A stretch of 64,000 bases of DNA from Leptospira sp. (GTDB lineage: Bacteria > Spirochaetota > Leptospiria > Leptospirales > Leptospiraceae). Within the stretch, counting starts at the first letter, position 1. The number at the start of each line of letters is the position of its first letter. The stretch covers positions 1 to 64,000 of the forward strand of contig JAWXAQ010000033.1 in NCBI GenBank assembly GCA_034439575.1, read 5' to 3'. Of the stretch, positions 39,450-49,333 are shown one piece after another. A program made the translations under genes and the position numbers. The notes below the pieces were generated by a model, which was not told the DNA's origin, did no database searches, and worked only from the letters and a program-made list of their open reading frames with translations.

Positions 39450-40562
39450 ATGGTAGATTATTCTTTTAAACCTGAAATATTGATAATAGATGATGATTCT
39501 GAAATTTGTGAAACATTAGAATTATTGATTAATGGAATAGGTTTTTATGTGCGTTACTTTACAAATCCTGCGCAAGGCCTGGAATATTTTGAAAGGGAAC
39601 TGAACCCTATTGTATTTTTAGACGTTAACATGCCTTTGATGTCTGGCTTGGAAGTATTACCAAAAATCAAAGCCTTAGATACAAAAACACAAGTCTTGAT
39701 GATGACAGGTGAAAGAGACATTCAAACGGTTGTTTCTTCTTTATATCACCGTGCTACTGATTTTATTCTAAAACCTTTCGATATGAAATCCGTAGAAAGT
39801 GCTATTGCACGATCAATTGAATATTATAATTTTCTAAAAGATAAAGAATCGCAAGAAGAGGCTCTGACTCGTGATTTACGATTAGCTGCTCGGATCCAAT
39901 CAAAATCCATGGCACTTCCGAAATTGAAGAATCGTATATTCGCAGATGTTTTGCCTGTAAGTTTTGTATCTGGTGATTTTTATCAGGCACTTGCTGTTGA
40001 TGATGACAAAACTTTGATTTTGATGGGTGATATTGAAGGTCATGGTGTGACTTCTGGTTTGATAGCCATACTTATGACGACTGTTCACAAAGAAATCGCC
40101 AAAACACAAACAGCCGCACCTGGAAGTTTACTTACTCGATTAAATCTGGAATTATGCCGTGAAATCGGAACACACAGTATGACGGCTATTAGTTTACTCG
40201 TAGATCATAAAAATAAAAAAATTACCTATGCTCGCGGTGGACACCCTTTCCCAATCTTATTCAAAAAAGATTCTGTCGAAATAGAAATTTTACAAGAAAA
40301 TTCTGGCCAAATTCTAGGCATTCTGGATGGGATTCAGTTTTCTGAAAAAGAAATTAAATTTGATACTGGTGATATACTTTTAGTCTATTCTGATGGTTTA
40401 CTCGGTTCCACCTCACATCCGCTTGTTCAAACTCTTTCTCATTTGCCAATTGGTGTTCAAAGAATAGATAACATGAAAACTGAAATTTCAAATTTTATTG
40501 AGTATTTAAAATCATCGGCTAAAGTTCAAGATGACATAGCTTATTTGCTTCTAGAGATTTAA
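39450..40562 (+). CDS. Response regulator with REC and SpoIIE/PP2C phosphatase output
   Basis: IIDDD, FLDVNMP, KPF; VSGDFY, GDIEGHG, YSDGL, QDDIA. Confidence 0.93.
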   Translation: MVDYSFKPEILIIDDDSEICETLELLINGIGFYVRYFTNPAQGLEYFERELNPIVFLDVNMPLMSGLEVLPKIKALDTKTQVLMMTGERDIQTVVSSLYHRATDFILKPFDMKSVESAIARSIEYYNFLKDKESQEEALTRDLRLAARIQSKSMALPKLKNRIFADVLPVSFVSGDFYQALAVDDDKTLILMGDIEGHGVTSGLIAILMTTVHKEIAKTQTAAPGSLLTRLNLELCREIGTHSMTAISLLVDHKNKKITYARGGHPFPILFKKDSVEIEILQENSGQILGILDGIQFSEKEIKFDTGDILLVYSDGLLGSTSHPLVQTLSHLPIGVQRIDNMKTEISNFIEYLKSSAKVQDDIAYLLLEI

Positions 40563-42153
40563 TATAAAAAGTATTTCCTTTTGTGGCTTCGGCCAAAAAT
40601 TCTTTAATCCAAATTTTATCTTTTAATTTGCCTGAGGCAGTTTCAGATCGAAAAAGGTTTCGAAGCCGTATCAATTCAGTTATTAAATTCTGTTTGGCGG
40701 GAAATTCGCACATACGTTCTGATATTTTTTTTGCCTTATAAAGAAAAAAATCAGTTTTAGCATAAAACTTTTTATCTGATTTTGGTAAACTTTCAATAAG
40801 AGTTTTATTTTCAGAAACATATTCGAATACAAGGGCTTGGGTTAATTTAATTAATTTTTCATTTTGTATATTTTCTTTAGAAAGTTCTCTAGCTTGTAAT
40901 ATTTGCAAGGTGAGAGAAAAGCAAACCAAAGGTAATAATTGTAATCGCAATTCGGGGATGTGAGCTAACAGAAGATAGGCTATGTATGCCAAAGGAATCC
41001 AATAAAATCCTATCATATCCCAATCTGCAGGAAAACCTAACATCGGATTAATGAAAAATCCATTGCAAAAAAATGCTAAGGCAGATGCGATCAAAAATCT
41101 GTTTTCTTTTTTCTGTAAAATGAATTTAAACTTTTCTTTATAAAAAATAAATGCAAATGGAATAAGAAATATGGCAATTTTAGAATTCCACCATAGTACT
41201 GAAAAAATTTCTTGTAGATGATTGATGGATATTAATCTTTTCCAAGGATAAATGGGCGGATGGAGTAAATGACTACTTTGTCTATCTAGATTTGGATCAT
41301 GTAGAAAGAGTAAATAGGAAAATCCCAATAGTAACAATCCTCCACCGATAGCGCTACAAATTAGAAAATGTTTTAGTTTATCCAATTTATCTGAAAATTC
41401 ATACCAAAGATAAAAAAGTGCAATGGCTAAAAAACCTGAGACTAAATGAAAGTAAATTCCTACTGTGACGAGTAAGGTGGCACCAATTAATAAATATGTG
41501 GAAGATTTTTCATTTATGATCCAATAACGAATCAAAAATAAAATGAAAAATAAATATAAACTGAGTATGCTATAATTCTCTGCATAACCAAAAAATACGA
41601 GAAAACCTCCTGATCCTAAAAAAAGTAAACTTGGATACAGTTCCGTCTTATCCGATTTTTCATTCTTTAATTTCCAGCCAGTCAGAGTTATAAATAACGC
41701 TCCTGTTACAAAAGATACGATCTGATAAGAATAACGATTGTCGGACGAAAACCCAAAAAATGATAACAAGTGATAAACTAAGCTATGTGCTGAAGTTTCA
41801 AAGATTTCATCCATGGCAATTTGTAATCCAAATAAATTCGTTTCCAGTAGATTTGTTTCTAATAATAAGATGCCATCACCCCAATTTAAATTGCGAATGG
41901 GGAAAGCTAACATCGAAAGAAAAAATAGTAACAAAAACCAAACTTTGTTTTTTTCTAAAATCGATTCAGAAAAATTCATACTATTGGAAAGAGCTTTGTT
42001 GAATTTTAATACTAAAAATTGAAAAACTAAAAAGAAGACGGAAAGGTAAATCATTTCATTCTTTTCTAAAATGACAAACCATGGTTTTTGCGGAAGCAGG
42101 GCAAAAAGTATAGTAAATAGAAAGGGTAGACTAAGAAATATAAATTGTTTCAT
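40519..42153 (-). CDS. Polytopic membrane protein, possibly GT-C-fold glycosyltransferase-like
   Basis: About 12 TMs with loop motifs WGDG...DEIFE, FFGYAENYS, FHL, PMLGFPADWD. Confidence 0.6.
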   Translation of the reverse strand: MKQFIFLSLPFLFTILFALLPQKPWFVILEKNEMIYLSVFFLVFQFLVLKFNKALSNSMNFSESILEKNKVWFLLLFFLSMLAFPIRNLNWGDGILLLETNLLETNLFGLQIAMDEIFETSAHSLVYHLLSFFGFSSDNRYSYQIVSFVTGALFITLTGWKLKNEKSDKTELYPSLLFLGSGGFLVFFGYAENYSILSLYLFFILFLIRYWIINEKSSTYLLIGATLLVTVGIYFHLVSGFLAIALFYLWYEFSDKLDKLKHFLICSAIGGGLLLLGFSYLLFLHDPNLDRQSSHLLHPPIYPWKRLISINHLQEIFSVLWWNSKIAIFLIPFAFIFYKEKFKFILQKKENRFLIASALAFFCNGFFINPMLGFPADWDMIGFYWIPLAYIAYLLLAHIPELRLQLLPLVCFSLTLQILQARELSKENIQNEKLIKLTQALVFEYVSENKTLIESLPKSDKKFYAKTDFFLYKAKKISERMCEFPAKQNLITELIRLRNLFRSETASGKLKDKIWIKEFLAEATKGNTFYIKSLEANKLCHLEL

Positions 42154-43955
42154 TCTTTGGTTTGCTCGTAATAACTTTCTGGTAAATCTTTTTGCGTAAC
42201 GTAAGGAAAATATCCTTTTCTAATATTGAAGAAGACAAGCTCAGGGAAACTAAAAAAAACACTTTGAACTCCGTTTGTTACTTTTTTACCTCTGTCGAAA
42301 GGAAGATAAAACAATCCGAGAGCACTCACGCCTATCCCCCATGTAAGATTTGTTAAACCATATATAGGTCTAAGAATGATTGTATCATCTGTAAAGAATA
42401 GGTATTCTTGGTCATAAGGATTCTTTTCATAAATTGTAGATAGAGGAAGAAAATCTTCTTTCAAGTTTCCAATGATTCCCAATCTTAAGTTTTGTTTTTT
42501 TAAGAGACGGTAAGATAGAATGCTTCTTTCTTTCAAAACTCGATAATTGTTTTTTACTTTTTGCGTAGCAACGAAGGGCACAAAGGATAAACTTTTAATT
42601 TCATTTGGAATTGTTCCTCCAAGTATTTGTTTTCTTTGTTCTTCTTGGTTATAAAATTCATTATGATAACGAAATATTTCATTTGTACAGTTTTTAAATA
42701 TCAAGTGATAAGAATAAATTTGTGGCACTATGGTTTCATATAAATCCAAAATTCTTTTGTATTCTAAAGTGATATTTTTGCTTAATTCTATTTCCTTATT
42801 GTTAGGTGAATATTTGATTTTTCTTTTTTTTAGAGGAAGAGTTTCAAAATTTACTATATCATAACTTTCTCTTTGGATGGCATCGATTTTTGCCATTTCT
42901 GTTTCCCAATCTATAAATCCGATCTCACTTTTTGATCTTAAAAAATTATTTTTAGTGATGGTAAAGAGTCGCATAGCATCATTTAGTTTTTCTGTTTTTG
43001 TGAAGTTCGGGATGTCTTCAATTTCTTGGTAATAAAATGGTCGATAATTGGCCTTTTTCGGAATATAAAAAAAGCCTTTTTTAAGTGTTAAATTTAATGC
43101 AGTGTATCTTGCCAAGAGCACCATTTCCTGGTCTCCCGTGCATGAGTCTTTTTCATTTAAGCAGATTTTGATTTGTTCTTCTAATAGGTTTAATATTTGG
43201 CTAACAGATGCTAATTCGTTTTCGTTTAAGGCAAATTCAGATTTTTGATCCAGGCTTATAAATTCAGAAAGATCGGCCTTTTTTGGGGATAAAAAATAAT
43301 TACGAAAAAAGATTTTTTGCATTCGGTATTCAATTTTTTTGTAAATGGAATCGATACGTAGAGGCGGAACAAAAGCCATATTCGAAATATCTTTGTCCGA
43401 TACATTTGAAACTAATTTTAAATTCGATTTCAAATATTCTGAATCTATGTCGAGAGTTAAATTCTGGAAATAGGATATATCTTCTGTTAAATGATTTTGA
43501 TCAATGGTAGAAAACAATTCAGTGGTGTGGACTTTCTCTAATTCGGAAGTAAAATAGCCCAGGCCTGCAATTTCTATATCTATAGATTGATTTTCTGTAG
43601 TTTGGGAAATTTCTCTTATTAAAAATTCATCTAACCTTAGTTCGTCGAGATTTTGTATCCATTTCTTTTGGATGATAAAAGTTTCGTCCCAATTGTTTTT
43701 AAATTTTTCACGTTCAGCGACTGGTATATCTAACTCTAATAAATGCATACTCCGATTTTCCCAAACACCATAGTGAAATACAAATTCTTCCCATGGGTCC
43801 CGTGCTAGATGTAAAATTTTATCTTTAAAATTGTATTGGAAATGGTATACCGTATCTCCTATAAGTAGTGCCGTATGACCACCGCTAGATTGACCTGAAT
43901 TGGATAAAATGTATACGAAATAGATGGGTTTTGGTGGAGAAAGTTCCTTTGCCAC
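42150..43955 (-). CDS. Hypothetical exported protein with permuted papain/NlpC-P60-like His...Cys arrangement
   Basis: N-terminal SSGGHTALL..VYHFQY, later YHLIFKNCTNEI, hydrophobic C-terminus; true start probably upstream (see findings). Confidence 0.6.
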   Translation of the reverse strand: MAKELSPPKPIYFVYILSNSGQSSGGHTALLIGDTVYHFQYNFKDKILHLARDPWEEFVFHYGVWENRSMHLLELDIPVAEREKFKNNWDETFIIQKKWIQNLDELRLDEFLIREISQTTENQSIDIEIAGLGYFTSELEKVHTTELFSTIDQNHLTEDISYFQNLTLDIDSEYLKSNLKLVSNVSDKDISNMAFVPPLRIDSIYKKIEYRMQKIFFRNYFLSPKKADLSEFISLDQKSEFALNENELASVSQILNLLEEQIKICLNEKDSCTGDQEMVLLARYTALNLTLKKGFFYIPKKANYRPFYYQEIEDIPNFTKTEKLNDAMRLFTITKNNFLRSKSEIGFIDWETEMAKIDAIQRESYDIVNFETLPLKKRKIKYSPNNKEIELSKNITLEYKRILDLYETIVPQIYSYHLIFKNCTNEIFRYHNEFYNQEEQRKQILGGTIPNEIKSLSFVPFVATQKVKNNYRVLKERSILSYRLLKKQNLRLGIIGNLKEDFLPLSTIYEKNPYDQEYLFFTDDTIILRPIYGLTNLTWGIGVSALGLFYLPFDRGKKVTNGVQSVFFSFPELVFFNIRKGYFPYVTQKDLPESYYEQTKE

Positions 43956-44011
43956 TGTTTCGAAAGTGACAAAGGAAAATAAAATAATAGTGATTAACTG
44001 TAAGGAAAGTT

Positions 44012-44494
44012 TTAATTTAACGATTGGTAACCTTCAGTGAGTAAAAGAGCCATTTTCTGGTTGTTTGGTGCCACTCTATTCAAAACAGTTTGAAAATCAG
44101 AATAAGATGTTCCACCCAATTTCAATCCTTGGCCAATTCCAATGTATGTACTTTTTAAGTTTTTCCAATTTGTCAAACCATGAGTTTTTGCAACAAGTGT
44201 AAGATCCTTTTCAAGGTCATTTGCCGTTTTTGGGTGTTTGGTGAATAATACAACGGAGGCTTTTATATCTTGTCTATACGCGGCTTCCTTCGCTTCATCT
44301 TTACCACTGGATATGGAATCAGAAACGGAAGAAACACTTGTGCTAATTGATTTTAAAAGAGCAGAAGTCGAATCAGAAGCTGAGAAGGCAAGTCTCGATA
44401 GGGAACCAGATGCTGTATCAAGCGATGCACACATGGTGAAAGTGATGGCAAAGGAAAAGGGAAGGAGTAGATAAGTGATGCGGGATAGATTCAT
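44012..44494 (-). CDS. Putative Ser-rich lipoprotein
   Basis: Signal peptide ending FTMC, Ser-rich helix, HGLTNW...TYIGIGQGL; GAGGT RBS. Confidence 0.75.
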   Translation of the reverse strand: MNLSRITYLLLPFSFAITFTMCASLDTASGSLSRLAFSASDSTSALLKSISTSVSSVSDSISSGKDEAKEAAYRQDIKASVVLFTKHPKTANDLEKDLTLVAKTHGLTNWKNLKSTYIGIGQGLKLGGTSYSDFQTVLNRVAPNNQKMALLLTEGYQSLN

Positions 44495-44569
44495 AGCGAC
44501 CTCATAAAAGAAATTCCCATTTAATATATGATCAATTCTTTATTGGTCAAGGTTTTTTCCGATGCAAAT

Positions 44570-46462
44570 CTAAACGGAAAAAACGACTGATCCAAATGCA
44601 GGCAGTTCCAAACTGATATGGTCTTTTTTTTGTGAGAGCTCACAATCAATCATGGTTCCAGTCCAATAATCCATAAACGGGCCTTTGGATCGAATCGGTT
44701 TTGGAAGTTGGATTCTGATTTTTGAAGGGACATCTTTGACATTCCAAATGCCTACGTATCCTGCTGGATTGAACATTCCTTGCGGAAAATCCTCTTCAAA
44801 CATGCCAAGTGGGATCGGCGTATGTCCTTCGCAGTCAGAATTTAACTGAAAAGTTTTTTTGAGTAAGGTCAATCGTTCCAATTCTAATTTGGTTAAATCA
44901 TCAGAAACAAGAAGCATACCACCAGAAACGCCCATGATAGAGGCCATAATTTTTGTCTGTTCCTCGGTCATTTTATTTTTCTTTTTACGCACCAAAAGAC
45001 AATCTGGATCGTTTAACCAAAGATGTCTGTGCATAGAAGCTCGTGTAATATCGTTTAAGAGAGCAGTCCTTGTACATAAAGCATTTCTATCTTTTAGAAG
45101 GACACGTGTCCATTCAGGTCCCCAAAAAGGTGCTACATCACTGGAAATACGCATGCCATCAAAGAATCCTACTGAAGGCAACATAGGAGCTCCGCAACCA
45201 AGAAGGAAGGTATTTTTACCTACAACCTTTCTTATCAAAGAGAGAGCTTCCATATAACGGCCCTGTGGTGATAAATTCTTTTTGTAAGTATCTCCAGGCA
45301 GTAATCCAGCATACAAAAAATCTAGTTTTAGGTAAGGGTAACCCCATTCTTTCACAATGGTAGTAAAAACTTTTTCTAAGTAGGCGATTGAAGTCGGGTG
45401 CGTAATATCCAAAGCATACGTATAACCACGTCCCCATAGCGGTTGATAGATGGCAGGAACTGGATTTCCTTTTTCATCTTTTAAAATGGCTTCTGGAAAT
45501 TTTTGGAAGAACTCTGATTTTTTGCGTACCAAAAATGGAGCAAGCCAAATTCCAGGTTTAAGCCCAATTCGTTTGATTTCATCTGCAATGATTCTCATTC
45601 CGCCTGGAAATTTATCATTTGGATATAACCAATCTCCGATTTCCCTTTGGTAACCATCATCAATTTGAAAAAATTCAATAGGTAGATTCAGTTCTCTAAC
45701 TTTTGCTAGGTTTTCAAAAATTATTTTTTGGTCAATTTTTGTATAATAATAATACCAAGAACACCAACCAGTAGGAACTTTTTTGGGAAATGTAGGTACA
45801 TTTAATTTTTCCCCTAATTGTTCGAAATACTCAGCAAGAACAATTTCTGGTGCATTTGTAAATGATTTGATAAGTATTTTGGAAATGGCAATTTTGCTAT
45901 TGGGACGAAGATCAGGATGACAATAAAAATCATAAATGGCGGATACGGAAGATACTTCGCCGTCAATCGTTAGGTGGCCTTCAAACTTGATCCCAAATTC
46001 GCCACGGTCGAGAGACGCATATAAAGTCCCTGTAGACTTTTCTTTTTGGTATAGCAGAGTGAAATATTCTGAGATATATTCACCGGGCTTACCTTTATGT
46101 TTTGAATAGATATTTTCCTGCGTGTATTGTAAAAATGCCAAACGTGGGGAGCGGTCTTCTTCACTTGGGCGCATACGTTTGGAGAGAGACCAAGACTGGT
46201 ATCCATGTTGAAAGAGTTCAAAGCCTTTCCCTTGCGGAATTTGGTCCAAAACAATTTCTAAAAAATCTATGCTAAAACCCACTTCAGGCCTAGTTGTTTC
46301 CCGCCAGAATAGTTTGGGTGATAGAATGGTTTCCGCCTTACTTGGGGAAGAACTCGTGATAACGAGTTCAAATTTTTTACATTCACTTTGGAAAGTGCCT
46401 GCTTTCTGCGGAATAAATCGGGAAGTAATGATGTGATCGTGGATACGGTATTGAATTTTCAT
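44570..46462 (-). CDS. Glycoside hydrolase family 36 (alpha-galactosidase-like)
   Basis: PTGWCSWY, QIDDGYQ, GDW, PGIWLAPF, YLKLDFL, MRISSDV, WLNDPD. Confidence 0.9.
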   Translation of the reverse strand: MKIQYRIHDHIITSRFIPQKAGTFQSECKKFELVITSSSPSKAETILSPKLFWRETTRPEVGFSIDFLEIVLDQIPQGKGFELFQHGYQSWSLSKRMRPSEEDRSPRLAFLQYTQENIYSKHKGKPGEYISEYFTLLYQKEKSTGTLYASLDRGEFGIKFEGHLTIDGEVSSVSAIYDFYCHPDLRPNSKIAISKILIKSFTNAPEIVLAEYFEQLGEKLNVPTFPKKVPTGWCSWYYYYTKIDQKIIFENLAKVRELNLPIEFFQIDDGYQREIGDWLYPNDKFPGGMRIIADEIKRIGLKPGIWLAPFLVRKKSEFFQKFPEAILKDEKGNPVPAIYQPLWGRGYTYALDITHPTSIAYLEKVFTTIVKEWGYPYLKLDFLYAGLLPGDTYKKNLSPQGRYMEALSLIRKVVGKNTFLLGCGAPMLPSVGFFDGMRISSDVAPFWGPEWTRVLLKDRNALCTRTALLNDITRASMHRHLWLNDPDCLLVRKKKNKMTEEQTKIMASIMGVSGGMLLVSDDLTKLELERLTLLKKTFQLNSDCEGHTPIPLGMFEEDFPQGMFNPAGYVGIWNVKDVPSKIRIQLPKPIRSKGPFMDYWTGTMIDCELSQKKDHISLELPAFGSVVFSV

Positions 46463-46514
46463 CGTAAAAATCTATTTGATGATTTAAGAGCAACCTTTTC
46501 CATAGTAAGCCATT

Positions 46515-47153
46515 ATGACCCAAAAACGTTCAAGTATAAAACCTGTTGTTCTACAAGGTGATCTAAGTGATGAATTCTTTGAAGCCTATAAGAAAGATGA
46601 TCGACTGGCAGTAGATTGTGAGATGATGGGTTTGAACCCGAGACGAGACCGTCTCTGTGTAGTTCAAATTTGTGACTCAAAAAATAGAGTCTCCCTGGTT
46701 CAAATCCTTCCTGGGCAAAAGGATGCACCAAAATTACAAAAATTATTCGAATCGACTGAAATCGAAAAAATATTTCATTTCGCGAGAATGGATATGACCT
46801 TCTTAAATGCAAGACTCGGTATCCAATTAAAAAATGTATTTTGTACAAAAATTGCAAGTAAACTTGCTCGAACCTATACCGACAAACATGGGTTAAAGGA
46901 ATTAATTAGAGAATTTTTTGAAGAAAATATTGATAAAAAAAATCAATCTTCTGATTGGGGTAAAAAAATCCTCACTAAAGACCAAGTTGATTATGCAGGA
47001 ACAGACGTTCGCTTTTTAATTTCTCTTGAACAAATATTAACAGAAATGTTGATCCGCGAAAATAGGTTTACAATGGCACAAAAATGTTTTAATTTTATCG
47101 AAACACAAGTTGAGCTGGATCTATTAGAAGTTTATAATATTTTTGAGCATTGA
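46515..47153 (+). CDS. RNase D-like DEDDy 3'-5' exonuclease
   Basis: AVDCE, KIFHFARMD, CTKIASKL, QSSDWG, YAGTDV. Confidence 0.92.
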   Translation: MTQKRSSIKPVVLQGDLSDEFFEAYKKDDRLAVDCEMMGLNPRRDRLCVVQICDSKNRVSLVQILPGQKDAPKLQKLFESTEIEKIFHFARMDMTFLNARLGIQLKNVFCTKIASKLARTYTDKHGLKELIREFFEENIDKKNQSSDWGKKILTKDQVDYAGTDVRFLISLEQILTEMLIRENRFTMAQKCFNFIETQVELDLLEVYNIFEH

Positions 47154-48529
47154 TGTCAAAAAAGCCTCCCGCAAAAATTTTCCAATGTAAAGCCTGCGGT
47201 GCAGAATACCAAAGGTGGGCCGGGAAATGTTCTACATGCGAAGAATGGAATTCTATTGAAGAATTAATTATAGGTGGGGGCGGACGATTTGAACCTCAAT
47301 CTATATCCCGTGAAAAGGCAGTATCTCGTAAATACCAGACCCCTATTTCTGTAAATAAAGTTGAAGAGAGTCAATTCCAAAGACTTTCCACTTCTTATTC
47401 CGAAATGGATTTAGTGTTAGGTGGCGGAATTGTGCCTGGAAGTTTGTTACTGATTGGAGGAGAACCAGGTGTCGGTAAATCCACTCTGGTTTTAGAAATT
47501 GCACGTGGGATTTCAAAATTGGGACAGGTGCTATATATTTCTGGTGAAGAATCTGCTTCACAAATTGGAATGCGTGCTAAGCGTATGGGCCTAACTAGTG
47601 ATAACATCCTTCTTTCTTCGGAAATTTATGCTGAAAATATATCACAGATGATTTCTGACTTAAAGCCTACAGTCGTTTTTATAGATTCGATCCAAACCAT
47701 ATTAAAAGAAAGTCTAGTGAACCAAGCGGGTTCTGTAACACAACTCAGGGAAGCATCGCAAGTTTTTTTAGAAACGGCTAAACGCACAGGCATTCCAATT
47801 TTTTTGATAGGTCATATCACCAAAGAAGGGTTAATCGCAGGACCTAAGGCTCTCGAACATTTGGTCGATACTGTATTGTATTTTGAAGGGGATAGGTTAA
47901 ATTATTATCGTATCTTACGTGCTGTCAAAAACAGGTTCGGTGCCGTTGGAGATACAGCCATATTTGAAATGGTTGCTGATGGCCTGAAACAAGTTCTCGA
48001 CAGACATAGACTTTTTATTTCACAAGAATCTGAAGATAGATCAGGAAGTGTTTTGTCTTCTGTGATGGAAGGCTCACGCGCTATAAGTGTCGAAGTACAG
48101 GCATTAGTTGTTAAGTCTTCTTTTGGGCAAGCGAGACGTATGGCAGAGGGACTTGACAATCGACGTGTGATCTTGCTTTCCGCTGTGATTGAAAAATATT
48201 TAAATATGCCACTTTCCGAATGTGATATTTTTAGTAATCTCGCAGGCGGACTTACTATTGATGAACCAAGTCTTGATCTTGCAATCACTGCCTCCATTGC
48301 CTCTTCATTTCAAGATAAACCCATTGCTCGTTCAATTGGATTTTTAGGGGAAGTCGGGCTTTCCGGTGAAGTGCGTAGCGTCGGCCAGATTAGCCTTCGA
48401 ATCAAAGAATTAGCAGGTATCGGTATCACAAAGATTTATTTGCCACATGGAAATTTAAAAGAATCAAGTGGGTTGTTTGGTGATTTGGAACTTGTCGGGG
48501 TAAAACATTTGCGAGAATTAGGATTTTAG
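47153..48529 (+). CDS. radA: DNA repair protein RadA/Sms
   Basis: CKAC..CSTC zinc finger, GGEPGVGKST, KNRFG, Lon-like C-terminus GEVGLSGEVR. Confidence 0.98.
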   Translation: MSKKPPAKIFQCKACGAEYQRWAGKCSTCEEWNSIEELIIGGGGRFEPQSISREKAVSRKYQTPISVNKVEESQFQRLSTSYSEMDLVLGGGIVPGSLLLIGGEPGVGKSTLVLEIARGISKLGQVLYISGEESASQIGMRAKRMGLTSDNILLSSEIYAENISQMISDLKPTVVFIDSIQTILKESLVNQAGSVTQLREASQVFLETAKRTGIPIFLIGHITKEGLIAGPKALEHLVDTVLYFEGDRLNYYRILRAVKNRFGAVGDTAIFEMVADGLKQVLDRHRLFISQESEDRSGSVLSSVMEGSRAISVEVQALVVKSSFGQARRMAEGLDNRRVILLSAVIEKYLNMPLSECDIFSNLAGGLTIDEPSLDLAITASIASSFQDKPIARSIGFLGEVGLSGEVRSVGQISLRIKELAGIGITKIYLPHGNLKESSGLFGDLELVGVKHLRELGF

Positions 48530-48586
48530 AAAAAGGATGAGATTTGCGTCTTGTCTTTGTTAGGTGTAATATAGGCTGGGATATTT

Positions 48587-48817
48587 ATGTTAGAATTAAG
48601 ACCAAGTTGTGAATCCTGTGATATAGATCTTCCTCCTGATTCCTTGGATGCAAGAATATGTTCCTTTGAATGTACGTTTTGCGTCACTTGTGCCGAATCA
48701 AAACTAAATCATCTTTGTCCAAATTGTAAAGGTGAGTTAGTCAGAAGACCCATTCGTCCTAAAATTGCATTGGATAAACATCCCGCCTCGACTAAGAGAG
48801 TATTTAAACCTTTGTGA
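48587..48817 (+). CDS. DUF1272 family small Cys-rich protein
   Basis: MLELRPSCESCDIDLPP...ICSFECTFC...CPNCKGELVRRPIRP. Confidence 0.9.
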   Translation: MLELRPSCESCDIDLPPDSLDARICSFECTFCVTCAESKLNHLCPNCKGELVRRPIRPKIALDKHPASTKRVFKPL

Positions 48818-48853
48818 TGTTATGGTCCTTGATCATAGATACATTTTGGTCAG

Positions 48854-49333
48854 ATGGTGCAGGAAAGAGTTAAATTTCGTGACAATACAGATTCGGATTG
48901 AAAATGTATACACGAATTGATGAGACTTCAATACAATATGGGAGATTCTATATATATGTCGACTAACTCTATTGATGCGTACAATAGAATACTTTCTGAT
49001 TTTGGGTTGAAAGCGACTACTATCATGGATAAGGAAAGTATCAAAACGACTCAGGATAACCGTAATTTGTTCAAAGAACAATTGAAAAAAGGTAATATTG
49101 TCAATTCTGGATTATATCGTGATGCACCTAGGTATGGTGAGCCGTATAAGCAGAACGATCTAGGTGAGGACATTAAACCATCTAAAGGTCATCGCGTAAA
49201 TATTGTGGGTTTTGACGATGCACGAGGAGAATGGATTGTGAATGACTCTGCAGAACCAAATCAATTGATTCGGTATAAGTTTGGAGATTTTGAACTTGGC
49301 AATGGTTGGTCGACAGTGTTAGTTAAAAAATAA
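48854..49333 (+). pseudogene. Truncated papain-like/C39 peptidase-type fragment
   Basis: GHRVNIVGFD...WIVNDS motif; ORF 48917-49333 has no Cys; in-frame TGA at 48899-48901 separates it from upstream MVQERVK... Confidence 0.5.

Noticed and set aside
48899..48901. TGA as a selenocysteine codon
   Set aside because: No evident SECIS-like hairpin directly downstream and no redox motif; decay is the simpler explanation.
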